Source of the DNA: an uncultured Actinomycetota bacterium
Lineage (GTDB): Bacteria > Actinomycetota > Actinomycetes > Propionibacteriales > Nocardioidaceae
Assembly: GCA_963822915.1 (NCBI GenBank)
Contig: CAWGJR010000027.1
Location: forward strand, 23,657 to 87,656
DNA length: 64,000 nt
Direction: 5' to 3'
Shown here: positions 18,096 to 28,838 of the stretch, piece by piece
Numbering within the stretch: position 1 is the stretch's first letter
How the letters are laid out: every line of letters starts with the position of its first letter
Notes under the pieces: generated by a model
The model's database searches: none
The model's input: only the letters and a program-made list of their open reading frames with translations
Told to the model about the DNA's origin: nothing
Made by a program: the position numbers and the translations under genes

Positions 18096-18563
18096 TCAGC
18101 CCCGCGCACGAGACAGCCGGGTGCCGACGTCGCGGGCGAACTCGTCGCGGTCGCCCGCGATCATCGCGACCGGGATCGAGGTGGTCGTGCCGTCGGTGCG
18201 CTTGAGCACCAGGCAGGCGATGTCGCGCGGGTGGGCGGCCACGACCTCGCTGACCTCGGTCCACCGCCCCTGCTTGACGCCGGCCCCCCGCACCAGGCGC
18301 ACGACGTAGCCCTCGTCGTCGAGGCGTACGACGTAGGCGCGCGAGCGCAGCCACGCGGCCGCACCGAAGACGGCCACCAGCTCGACCACGAGCACCAGGA
18401 CGATCAGGTCGGGCGGGCCTCCGGTGGACAGGATCACCGCAGTCGCCACGAACGTGGTCACCGCCAGGACCAGGAAGGCCAGACCGACCAGCCGCGCCGC
18501 CACCGCGGGCGCGAGGCGGTAGAGGGTCGGCTCCGCGTCGGGGCGTTCGGGGACGTCACTCAC
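18096..18563 (-). CDS. Membrane protein, two TM helices plus PH-like C-terminus
   Basis: YRLAPAVAARLVG.., VVRLDDEGYVVRLVRGAGVKQGRWTEV. Confidence 0.7.
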   Translation of the reverse strand: MSDVPERPDAEPTLYRLAPAVAARLVGLAFLVLAVTTFVATAVILSTGGPPDLIVLVLVVELVAVFGAAAWLRSRAYVVRLDDEGYVVRLVRGAGVKQGRWTEVSEVVAAHPRDIACLVLKRTDGTTTSIPVAMIAGDRDEFARDVGTRLSRARG

Positions 18564-18608
18564 CGGACCAGTCTCCCGCGTGCCTTGCCCCGACGGCCCA
18601 GGCGGGTC

Positions 18609-19059
18609 ATGCTCGATCTCGACAGCGGAGTCGGCGCCGCCGACTCCGTCAGCGACGAGGAGCCCCACCATCAGCCCCAGCAACGCCAGCAACGCCATGT
18701 CGGAGGCCCTGACCGGCCTCGAGGCCGCCTCGCGGGTGCCCCTGCGCGACGGAGCCCCCAGCACCAGCTGGCGCTGGTCGGTGCGCCAACGCATGGTCGT
18801 GGTGCGCGATGCGTTGGTGCTGGAGGGCACCGGCACCGAGGACGGGTGGCTCGCCGCCCGGGGAGGCGCCGCCTTCCGCGACCGCAACGCCCTGCTCGCG
18901 CGCCTCGGCGAGCTCGGCTCGCGGGCGCTGGAGGATCCCGACACCGACACCGTCCGCGACGACGTGCTGCGCCTGGTGGCCGACGTCGCCCACCACCTCC
19001 AGAAGGTGCGCGACCTCGCCTACGACGAGGTGGAGCTGGAGCTCGGCGGCTCGGAATGA
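18609..19059 (+). CDS. Conserved helical hypothetical protein, possibly hemerythrin-like; start uncertain
   Basis: WRWSVRQRM..HHLQKVRDLAYDEVELELGGSE; probable indel just after ATG 18609. Confidence 0.6.
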
Positions 19060-19095
19060 GTCGCTCGCCTGCTCGGAGCCGCTGCTGAGGGCCGG

Positions 19096-19180
19096 CAGAG
19101 GGGGCGGGATTCGAACCCGCGGTAGGTCTCCCTACGACCGCTTTCAAGGCGGTTCCGATCGGCCGCTCCGGCACCCCTCC
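19096..19180 (-). tRNA. tRNA-Ser(TGA)
   Basis: GGAGGGG..ACCGC-CT-TGA-AA-GCGGT, variable arm GTAGG-GAGA-CCTAC, GGTTCGAATCC. Confidence 0.97.
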
Positions 19181-19234
19181 TGGCCGCGACCGGGGCCGCG
19201 ACACGCGCAGGAGTCTAGCGTCAGACGCGCTCGG

Positions 19235-19465
19235 TCAGGCCGACAGGACCAGCAGCACGTCGCCCTCCTGGACGACGTCTCCGGCGGTGACCTTGACCGC
19301 CACCACCGTGCCCGGGGTCTCGGCGATGACGGGGATCTCCATCTTCATCGACTCCAGCAGCGCCACCTCGTCGCCGACGGCGACCCGGGCCCCGGCCTCG
19401 ACGCTCACGGCGAGCACGCCGGCCACCATCTCCGCCACGATCTCGATCACCTGCTCACGGGCCAT
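19235..19465 (-). CDS. Stand-alone biotin/lipoyl carrier protein
   Basis: LLESMKMEIPV biotinylation motif. Confidence 0.9.
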   Translation of the reverse strand: MAREQVIEIVAEMVAGVLAVSVEAGARVAVGDEVALLESMKMEIPVIAETPGTVVAVKVTAGDVVQEGDVLLVLSA

Positions 19466-19529
19466 GACTCGCACGCTAGCCGTTACCGCCGAGTACCCCC
19501 GCACCCCGGCGTTCGCCGTCGGCGTCGCG

Positions 19530-20708
19530 TCAGTAGAGCGCCTGGGTGCGGCCGGGCTCCGGGCGCACGGCGCCCGCCTGCTCCTCGTCGACGCGCCGCC
19601 GACCGCCGGTGCGCGCCCCACCGCTCGAGCCGGTGAGGAAGAGGTCGAGGCGGATCACCGCCGCACCGACCAGCAGTCCGACCACGAGCCCGTAGAGCAC
19701 CGACAGCCCGGCCTCGGTGAGCGTGACGGCCGGGTTGGCCAGGGCGCTCGCGGTCGAGGCGGTGGCGGCGACCCCGAAGGCGCAGACCCACCAGCCCTGC
19801 CGCCGGCGGGCTCGCATGTGGACGCCGTACACGAGCGCGGGGATGCCCAGCACGGCCTCGATCGGGCGGGGGAACGCGCCGAGGTGCTCCCGGCTCCAGC
19901 GCACGACGTCGAGGGACGACTCGACCAGGGACGGGGTGCCGTAGCGGCGCAGCAGCTCGGCGTACAGGACGGTGACGGCGACGAGGACCCCGCCGACCAC
20001 CACGATCACCGCGCCGCGTCGTCCGAGGCCGTGCAGGCCCGCGCCGAGGCGGTAGACCACGACGAAGGCGCCGGCCAGCGCGAGCCCGAAGGTGACGTAC
20101 TCGAAGTCCTGGACCGAGATGGCCGGCTCGAAGCCCACCGTGGCCAGGGCACCGACGGCGGCGAGCGCCAGCGCGATCAGGCACTCCCGCGCGGCCCGGG
20201 TCACGGTCACGGCCGGCACGGTGACCATCACCGCGAGCACCGCGCTGACCACGCAGGTCATCACCGAGGCGCCGGTGGCGAGGTCGTCGCGTCCCGTCAG
20301 CAGCACGCCGACACCGAGCACGGCTGCGAGGGTGCCGAAGACGACGGGCCGACCGCCGGTGCGCCCGGCGAGCGCCCACGAGTAGGCGCTGACGACGGCC
20401 ACCGAGCCGGCGCCGCCCAGCCAGGACGGGCCCACCGGGACCATGGCCGCGATCATGGCTCCCAGGGCCGCGGCGACCAGGACGAGCCACGCCCGGAACG
20501 GCCACGGGGAGTCACCGAACGCCTCGAGCCGGTCGGCCACCGTGCGCCGCGACCCGGGGTCGGGGGTGTCGGTCGCGGGTTCCGTGGTGGACCCCGTGGT
20601 GGGCGTGGTGGGCCCAGCCGGGGCGTCCGGCGTGACATCCGGCGCGTCGTGGAGTCCCGAGAGGTCGTCGGGGACCGCTGACGCGCGTCGACCCACGATC
20701 CTGGACAT
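19530..20708 (-). CDS. Polytopic membrane protein of unknown function
   Basis: About 10 hydrophobic segments; RARRRQGWWVCAFG; C-terminal RPEPGRTQALY. Confidence 0.75.
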   Translation of the reverse strand: MSRIVGRRASAVPDDLSGLHDAPDVTPDAPAGPTTPTTGSTTEPATDTPDPGSRRTVADRLEAFGDSPWPFRAWLVLVAAALGAMIAAMVPVGPSWLGGAGSVAVVSAYSWALAGRTGGRPVVFGTLAAVLGVGVLLTGRDDLATGASVMTCVVSAVLAVMVTVPAVTVTRAARECLIALALAAVGALATVGFEPAISVQDFEYVTFGLALAGAFVVVYRLGAGLHGLGRRGAVIVVVGGVLVAVTVLYAELLRRYGTPSLVESSLDVVRWSREHLGAFPRPIEAVLGIPALVYGVHMRARRRQGWWVCAFGVAATASTASALANPAVTLTEAGLSVLYGLVVGLLVGAAVIRLDLFLTGSSGGARTGGRRRVDEEQAGAVRPEPGRTQALY

Positions 20709-20719
20709 GGCATCCGAGG

Positions 20720-21533
20720 TTACAGACGCCGGTTGAGCAGCGACGGGTTGGTACGGCGTGCCGCCTGCAGCGTGGCGCGGGTCACCTCGGCCCGCAGCAC
20801 CGCGGGCTCCTCGCCCGCCTCGGCCAGCACGTCGCCCAGCGGGTCGACGACCAGCGAGTGGCCGGTGTAGCGCGGCCCGGGCTGGCCCGCGGCGACGACG
20901 TAGACGGTGTTCTCGATCGCCCGCGCCCGCACCAGCGTGCGCCAGTGGTCGACCTTGCGCGGGCCGGCGACCCAGGCCGCCGGCAGCACGAGCACCTCGG
21001 CACCGGCGTCGACGAGCAGGCGGGCCAGCTCGGGGAAGCGCAGGTCGTAGCAGGTCATCAGCCCGACCTCCAGCCGGCGACCTCGACCAGCGTGGGCGTC
21101 GACGTCCCCGGCGAGCAGGCGGTCGGACTCGCGGTAGCCGAAGGAGTCGTAGAGGTGGATCTTGCGGTAGTCGGCGCGAGCCGCGCCGCGCGCGAGCAGG
21201 GTGTTGAAGGGCCGGTCGGGATCGGTGCTGGCCTCGAACATCCCGGCCACCACCGTCGTCGGCGTGGGCGACCGCAGATGCCTCCAGAGCGGTGGCGAAG
21301 GGGCCGTCGAGCGCCTCGGCGTAGGCGCTGACGTCGGAGCCGGCCTCGCCGAAGTCGCGGGCGAAAGCCTCCGGGAGCACGACCAGGTCGGTGCCGTCGG
21401 GCACCAGGGCGGCCAGCCGCTCGCGGTTGCCGGCGGGGTCGAGGCCCGAGGCCTCCTGCACGAGCGCCAGGCGCAGCACCGCGTGCTCGGAGGCGCCCTC
21501 GCCGGACTGCGTCTCGTGAGCATCGGTGGTCAC
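20720..21533 (-). CDS. Carbon-nitrogen hydrolase (nitrilase family), frameshifted
   Basis: LVVLPE, YRKIHLYDSFGYRES, TCYDLRFPE, RARAIEN. Confidence 0.9.
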
Positions 21534-21578
21534 CCCCACAGCCTGCCACCCGCCGGTGGTTCCTGGGAGGATGCGCCC

Positions 21579-22174
21579 ATGGGGGACAGCAGCAGGGACA
21601 GCAGCGGCGACCTGGACAGCTACGGCGCCGTCGTGCTCGCCGGCGGGCGGGCGGCGCGGCTGGGCGGGTTCGACAAGGCCTCGGTCGAGATCGGCGGGCG
21701 CACCCTGCTCGAGCGGGCGCTCGACGCGGTCGTCGACGCGGCCGAGGTGGTCGTGGTCGGCGAGCAGGTGCCGACCGAGCGGCCGGTGACCTTCGTGCTG
21801 GAGAGCCCGCGCTGGGGCGGGCCGGTCGCCGCGCTGCTGACCGGGCGTCGACCTGCTGCTGCGGCGACCACCGGCTCGTCGTGGTGATCGCGGTCGACAT
21901 GCCGCGACTGACCCACGTGACCATCCGCCGGCTGTGCGCGGCGGCCGAGGGCCACGACGGGGCCGTGCTCGTCGGCCCCGACGGACGGCGCCAGCTCGCG
22001 CTCGCGCTGCGCCGCGACCGGCTGCGCGCCGTACGCCCCGACCTGGAGGGCCAGCACGGCATGGCGGTGCGCGCGCTGCTCGCCGACCTCGACCTCGCCG
22101 AGGTCGCCGCGGTCGACGACGAGCACCGCGACGTCGACACCTGGGCCGACCTGCGCGACCTGCGCGACGACTGA
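21579..22174 (+). CDS. mobA: MobA-like molybdenum cofactor guanylyltransferase, frameshifted
   Basis: VVLAGGRAARLGGFDKA, GGPVAA, AVDMP, DVDTWADL. Confidence 0.8.
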
Positions 22175-22247
22175 GCCTCGGCCGTTGGCCGGTCGTTCGC
22201 CCGTCCCGGGCTTGCGCGCGGGCTCTCGGCTGGCAAGGCTGATCCCC

Positions 22248-22602
22248 GTGAACCTCCACGACTGGATCGACGAGCTCTGCGACGCCCTCGAGCTCGAGAC
22301 CGAGGTCGACGAGGGCCTCGTCGCCGACCTCGCCGAGCTGGCCCACGACAACGTCGACGCCGCCGCCGGCCCGATCACCTCCTACCTGCTCGGGTACGCC
22401 GCCGGGGCGGCCGCCGCCGGGCCGGCCGCCGTCGAGCAGCTGGCCGCCCGTGCCCAGGAGCTCGCCGAGCGGTGGGACAAGCCGGTGCTCGCCGACCCCG
22501 ACGACGCCGAGCGAGGACGAGGTCGAGCTCGGCTTCGACGTCAACGCCGACGACGACGAGGACGAGGCCGACGAGGACGACGACAGCGAGGAGGAGGAAT
22601 GA
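22248..22602 (+). CDS. DUF6457-like protein with acidic tail, frameshift near 22510
   Basis: LHDWIDELCDAL..LAHDNV..GPITSYLLGYAAG. Confidence 0.7.
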
Positions 22603-23600
22603 GAGCCGTTCATCGCCGACGGCACCGGCGGGCCCGAGGTCCTCTCGGTGCGCGAGGTGCCCGACGTCCAGCCCGGGCGCGGTGAGGTCGCCATCGAGGT
22701 GGTCGCGACCGCCGTCAACCGGGCCGACACCCTCCAGCGCCAGGGCTCCTACCCGCCGCCGCCCGGGGCCAGCGACATCATCGGCCTCGAGTGCAGCGGC
22801 CGGGTCGCCGCGCTCGGTGAGGGGGTGGACGGGACGACCCCTGGTCGGTCGGCGACGAGGTCTGCGCGCTGCTGGCCGGCGGCGGCTACGCCTCGCGGGT
22901 CGTCGTACCGGCCGGTCAGGTGATGCCGGTGCCGTCCGGGGTCGACCTGGTCACCGCCGCCGCGCTGCCGGAGGTCGCCTGCACCGTCTGGTCCAACGTC
23001 TTCATGGTCGCCGGGCTGCGCCCCGACGAGAGCTTCCTGGTGCACGGCGGGGCCGGCGGCATCGGCACCTTCGCGATCCAGATCGCCTCCGCGCTCGGCT
23101 CGCGCGTGCTGACCACGGGCGGTACGCCGGAGAAGCGCGCGTTCTGCGCGGAGCTCGGCGCCGACGTCACGATCGACTACCACGAGGAGGACTTCGTGGA
23201 GATCGCCCGCCGCGAGGGGGCCGACGCCGACGGGAACGGCGGTGGGGTCGACGTGATCCTCGACAACATGGGCGCCTCCTACCTCGGACGCAACGTGGAC
23301 GCCCTGGCCACCGAGGGACGTCTGGTCGTCATCGGGATGCAGGGCGGGGTCAAGGGCGAGCTCAACCTCGCGACCCTGCTCAACAAGCGCGCGGCGGTGA
23401 TCGCCACCTCGTTGCGTGGACGCCCGGAAGCCGGCAAGGCGGCGATCTGCGCGGCTGTCGTCGAGCACGTGTGGCCGCTGGTGGCCGACGGGTCGGTGCG
23501 ACCCGTCATCGACCGCACCCTGCCGCTCGAGGAGGTCGCCGAGGCGCACCGCATCATGGGCGACGGCTCCCACACCGGCAAGATCGTGCTGACGCTGTAG
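22599..23600 (+). CDS. NAD(P)H-quinone oxidoreductase (PIG3/zeta-crystallin type), frameshifted
   Basis: [44 protein letters not shown]. Confidence 0.92.
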
Positions 23601-23651
23601 TCACTCACCGGGGGGAGGGCCCGCCGGACCGCGCCGGATACGGTGGCCTGC

Positions 23652-24333
23652 ATGAGCGAGGAGCAGACCGCCCAGACCCCCCAGGCGGACCCCCAGAACA
23701 CGCCCGCAGCGACCGGTGAGCAGCAGATCATGATCATCGGCCCCGACGGACAGCCGATCGGCACCGTCTCCGCCTCGGCGCTCGCCGCCCAGGGGGCCGG
23801 CGCCGACTCGGACCCCGACGGCGAGGACGGCGACGACGACGGGGCTCGTGGGCTCAGCGACCTCGTCGAGCAGCCCGCCAAGGTGATGCGGATCGGCAGC
23901 ATGATCCGTCAGCTGCTCGAGGAGGTGAAGGCGGCGCCGCTCGACGAGGCCAGCCGCGCTGCGCCTCAAGGAGATCCACAGCTCCTCCATCAAGGAGCTC
24001 GAGCAGGGCCTCGCGCCCGAGCTGGTCGAGGAGCTGCAGCGGCTCTCGCTGCCCTTCGCCGACGACACGACGCCGTCGGAGAGCGAGCTGCGCATCGCCC
24101 AGGCCCAGCTCGTCGGCTGGCTCGAGGGGCTCTTCCACGGCATCCAGACCGCGATCTACGCCCAGCAGATGGCCGCGCGCGCCCAGTTCGAGCAGATCCG
24201 ACGGGCACTCCCGGCCGGCACCCCGATGCCGCCCGGCATGGGCGGCCCCGGCCAGGGCGGTGCGGGACAGCCCGGCCAGTCCGGACAGTCGGGCGGCGAC
24301 GACCACCCCGGCACCGGCGGGATGTACCTCTAG
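23652..24333 (+). CDS. bpa: Bacterial proteasome activator Bpa/PafE, frameshift near 23960
   Basis: LVEQPAKVMRIGSMIRQLLEEVKAAPLDEASR; ELRIAQAQLVGWLEGLFHGIQTA; C-terminal GMYL HbYX motif. Confidence 0.92.
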
Positions 24334-24367
24334 CCTCGACCGGGTCCTGCGGCCGGCTCGGGCGCGC

Positions 24368-25080
24368 TCAGGCGCGGCGCGAGCGACCGAGTCGCAGCAC
24401 GACGAACCAGCCCAGGACGCCCAGCAGGACGAGCGCCAGGCCGGGGGCCGCGGCGCGGTCGAAGGACTGCGGCAGGGCGATCTCGTCGCAGGTGGTCTCG
24501 GCCTCGGCGACGTCGGTGACGGACGCTGAGGTGTCGGGGCAGACGTAGCTCACGTCCGGGAACTCCACCTGGGGCTCGGCGGGGAGGTGTCGATCGGCGA
24601 GCGCGGCTCGCCGTAGGTGTCGAGCAGGTCGGCGAGCCGGGTGTCGGTGGCCCGCAGCACGTCGCGGCAGCCGTCGGCCAGCAGGCGGGTGCGCTGGCGG
24701 GTGAGCTTCCAGAGGTAGACGTCGGCGCCCTTGGACTCCGGGCGCGGTCGCGCACTCGCCGAAGCTGGCTGGTCTGCACGCGGACCCGCGCCGTGGCGAT
24801 GTCGCTCTCGCCGAAGACCTCCTGCACCTGCACGGTGTAGGTGTAGCGGGCCGGTCGATCCACCGCCCCGGGGTCGCGCTCGATGCGTTCGATGCTGGCG
24901 GTGAAGACGTCGTCGGGATCGGCGTTGCCGCCCGGCGGCCGCGCCTGGGCCGGGGCGGCGAGCAGGACCAGGGATCCCAGGAGACCAGCCAGCAGCCGGC
25001 CAGCAGGCCGAGGACGCCGGCGCGCGCGGCCCACGAGGGGCCGTACGACGAGGGCGCGGGTGCGGGCGTCACGGGTTCAT
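24368..25080 (-). CDS. Secreted, C-terminally anchored protein, possibly NTR/TIMP-like domain; frameshifted
   Basis: Signal peptide ..LLAAPAQA; DVFTASI..YTVQVQEVFG..; C-terminal TM helix followed by RLGRSRRA. Confidence 0.6.
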
Positions 25081-25912
25081 TGCACCAGATCGTCGGTGAG
25101 GCCCACCAGTCGAGCCATCGCGCGCGCCACGCCGTCGTCGTCGTTGGCCCGGCGGTGCGGTCGGCGGCCGCGAGCACGCGGGGTGCGCGTTGGCGACGGC
25201 GTACGACGTGCCGGCCCACGCCCAGCATCGCCAGGTCGTTGGGCATGTCGCCGAACGCGACGACGTCGGCGGCGGCGATCGCCGAGGTCGCCGCACAGCC
25301 GGGCGAGGGCTGCGGCCTTGGTGACGCCGGGGGCGCTGATCTCGACCAGGCCCGGCCATCGACCAGGTCGCCACGCCGTCCTCACCGACCGCGGCGGCGA
25401 CGGCGCGCGTGCAGCTCGTCGGCGTCGGGCGCCGCCGTGCCGCACGAGCAGCTTGACCGCGGGCTCGTCCCAGATCTCGTCGAGCGGGCCCGACCGGGCT
25501 GCCCTCCGGCACGCGGTGCGGGTCGTGGAAGCCGGGCTCGGTGCCGGATGCCGTCGAGGCACTCGACGGCGAACAGCACGTCGGGCACCGCCGTCACGCA
25601 GTCGCGCGACCAGCGCAGGCCCGGGGGCGGGCTCGAGACCGTCGACGCGGCGTACGGCGCCGCTCGGCGACGTCGTAGAGCACCGCACCGTTGGAGACGA
25701 TCGCGACGCCGTGGGCGCCGACGACCTCCCACAGCGACTCCATCCAGCGCACCGGGCGGCCGGTGACGAAGACGACCGGCACCCCGGCGTCCTCGACCGC
25801 GGCGAGCACCCGACGGGTGGCGTCGGAGAGCGAGCCGTCGGTGCGCAGCAGGGTGCCGTCGAGGTCGGTGGCGATGAGGGCCAGCGCGGGTCGCGGCGCG
25901 CAGGGTCGGTCC
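25077..25912 (-). CDS. Cof-type HAD hydrolase, multiple frameshifts; start approximate
   Basis: LIATDLDGTLL, FVTGRP, SNGA, AFGDMPND. Confidence 0.85.
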
Positions 25913-26417
25913 GGGCGGGCACCGGCCGGGCCATGACGAGCAGGCCGTCCTCGTTGCTGCCGCGCAGGTCGGTGAAGCCGGCGCTTGGCGAGCACCCGGA
26001 CGCTGGCGCGGTTGGCCGGCTCGACCGGGCCCGCACCCGTACGCCGAGCCGGTCGGTCTCGGCGAGCAGCGCGGCGAGCGCCTCGGTGGCCAGGCCGTGC
26101 CCGCGGGCGCGCCTCGACCAGGCCGTAGCCGACCTCGACCTCGCCGTCGACCGGCGGGCCGAAGAAGCCGATCGCCGCCGACCGCCAGCTGCTCCCAGAC
26201 GACGTGGCGCGGGCCCCAGGTGTCGGCGGACCCGTCGGCGGGCCCGCACCAGGGTCGCGGCATCGACGTCGTCGCGGCGCGGGTAGTCGGGGTGCCAGCG
26301 CGACTGGCGTCGCCCGGCGAGCATGTCGGCGGCGTCGTCGGCCGAGACCAGGATCAGCCGCAGCCGCGCGGTGGCCATCGCGACCGGGCAGCGCGAGGCG
26401 CCCGCGGCCTCGGTCAC
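25908..26417 (-). CDS. GNAT acetyltransferase (RimJ-like), frameshifted; 3' end approximate
   Basis: TARLRL..WHPDYP..FFGPP..VEVGYGLV..RGHGLATEAL. Confidence 0.75.
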
Positions 26418-27298
26418 CGTCCGAACCAGCGCTCGATCTCGACGGCGGCGCCGTCGGCGTCGACGCCGTCGGTGACGCGTCGGCGGCGTCGCAGCACCGA
26501 CTGCACCGACTGGCCCATGGCGACCCCGCGACCGGCCCACCGGAGCATCTCGATGTCGTTGCGCCCGTCGCCGATCGCCAGCACGTCGGCGGACGTCAGG
26601 CCGAGGTCGGCGCAGACCTGCTCCAGGCCGGAGGCCTTGGAGACGCCGACCGGGGTGAGGTCGAGCCAGGCGGTCCAGCCGACGACGTAGTCGGTGCCGT
26701 GCAGGCCGAGGCGCGGCGCCGAGGGCGACGAAGTCGTCGGCGGTCGCATCGGGGTCGCGGATGATCACCCGGCTGACCGGGCGCGAGACGAGGTCCGTCG
26801 ATCTCGGTGACGGTCATCCGGCCGGAGAGCTCCCCGTCGGGGAAGGGGGTCGAGACGCGGTAGCCGCTGCCCCGGTCCTCGATCGCGACCCGGGCCGTGG
26901 GGTGGGCCTCCAGGATCGCGCGGACAGCGGGGCCGGCGTCGAAGGTGTCCTCGTGGACCACGTCGATCTCGCCGCCCGGCAGGTAGCGCAGGACGACGGC
27001 GCCGTTGCTGGCCACGATCCACAGCGGCTCGTCGGCGTGGCCCTGCAGTCGCGAGCAGGTCGGCGATCGGGGTCATCCCGTGCGGCGAGCGGCCCGAGGA
27101 CAGCACGATGTGGGCGCCGGCGTCGTGGGCGCGCCAGATCGCGTCGTGCACGCGCGGCGCGATCTCCTCGTGGGTCATCCCCGCACCCTCGACCCACTTG
27201 AGCAGGGTGCCGTCGATGTCGAGGGCGACCAGCTCGGGACGCCAGCCCTCGACGCCCGCAGCGCCCACAGGGCCCGCAGCCGCGGAGTCGCCGCTCAC
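26414..27298 (-). CDS. Cof-type HAD hydrolase, frameshifted
   Basis: [40 protein letters not shown]. Confidence 0.88.
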
Positions 27299-28568
27299 GC
27301 CGGATCGATCGGCTTGATGATCTCCAGGCCGCCCAGGTAGGGCTGGAGCGCCTTCGGCACCCGCACCGACCCATCAGCCTGCTGGTGGGTCTCCAGGAGC
27401 GCGATGATCGGCCGGTTGGTCGAGCACAGGGTGCCGTTGAGCGTGGCGACGGGCTTGATCTCGCCATCGACGCGCTGGCGCGTGTCGAGCCGGCGGGTCT
27501 GGAACTCGGTGCAGTTGGACGCCGAGGTGAGCTCGCGGAAGCGGCCCTGCGAGGCGATCCACGCCTCGCAGTCGAACTTGCGCTGGGCCGACAGCCCCAG
27601 GTCGCCGGCCGCGACGTCGATCACGCGGTAGCAGAGCTCGAGCTTGTCGAGGAACTCCTTCTCCCAGTCGAGCAGGCGCTGGTGCTCGGCCTCGGCGTCC
27701 TCGGGATGGGTGTAGACGAACATCTCGACCTTGTCGAACCAGTGCACCCGGAAGATGCCGCGGGTGTCCTTGCCGTGCGAGCCGGCTTCCTTGCGGTAGC
27801 ACGGGCTGAAGGCGGCGTAGCGCAGCGGCAGGGCGCCGCCGTCGAGGATCTCGTCGGAGTGGAAGGCCGCCATCGGCACCTCCGAGGTGCCGACGAGGTA
27901 GAGGTCCTGGCCCTCGATCCGGTAGACGTCGTCGGCGGCCTGGCCGAGGAACCCGGTGCCCTCCATCGCGCGCGGCTTGACCAGCGACGGGGCGACGGCC
28001 TCGATGAAGCCGTGGCCGCCGCAGCCTGGTCGAGGGCCATGTTGATCAGCGCGCGGTGCAGGCGCGCGCCGATGCCGGTGAGGAAGTAGAACCGTGATCC
28101 CGACACCTTGGCGCCGCGCTCGAGGTCGATGGCGCCGAGCATCCGGCCCAGCTCGACGTGGTCGCGCGGCTCGAAGTCGAAGACCGGCGGCGTGCCGACG
28201 GTCTCGAGCACCACGAAGTCGTCCTCGCCACCGGCGGGGGTCTCGTCGGCGGCCAGGTTGGGGATCGACAGCAGCGCGTCGTTCCACTCCGCCTCGGCGA
28301 CGGTCTGCGCGGCCTCGGCCTCCTTGACCTCGGCGGCGAGGGTCTTGGTCTGCGCGAGCAGCGCCTGCTTCTCGTCGCCCTGGGCCTGGGGGATCAGCTT
28401 GCCGAGCTGCTTCTGCTCGGCCCGCTTCGACTCGTAGGCCGTGATCGCCGCGCGGCGGGCGGTGTCCGACGAGAGCGCGCGGTCGACGACGTCGCTGGAG
28501 AGACCACGCTTGGCCTGGGCGGCACGCACGCGGTCGGGGTCGTCTCGGAGCACTCGTGGATCGATCAC
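27295..28568 (-). CDS. serS: Seryl-tRNA synthetase, frameshift near 28020
   Basis: [63 protein letters not shown]. Confidence 0.97.
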
Positions 28569-28838
28569 AGAGCCGAGGCTAGCGGGCGACCGCGGGCTCC
28601 TTCACCCGAGTTGCACCCACCTGGGGATGACGGCGGCGTGCGCGGTGGCGGGTCGCTGCCGGGCAGCGGTGCCGCAGCCACCGATTCACAGCCCCCAACC
28701 GTGGCCACCGCACCGCTCCACGGGCGGCACCCGGCGAGACCGCCCTGCGGATGAGGACCGCGCGGGCCGGGTTCGCCATACTGATCGGCGACCTTCTCGC
28801 CTGCCTGACCGGCCACCCACCAGGACGGAGCCCCGACC

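Noticed and set aside
19530-22730. 1066-aa ORF and other long antisense ORFs (e.g. 5425..7779, 13388..15568, 28686..30836)
   Set aside because: High-GC shadow frames or read-through across real genes; only the 3' part (19530..20708) of the 1066-aa ORF is a plausible protein.
25077-26417. Possible GNAT-HAD fusion
   Set aside because: No stop is visible between them, but the region is indel-dense and one missing base near 25910 would restore a GTGA overlap like those of neighbouring genes.
28569-28838. T-box or structured RNA upstream of serS
   Set aside because: No T-box motif (AAGGTGGTACC-like) is seen, and serS appears leaderless.
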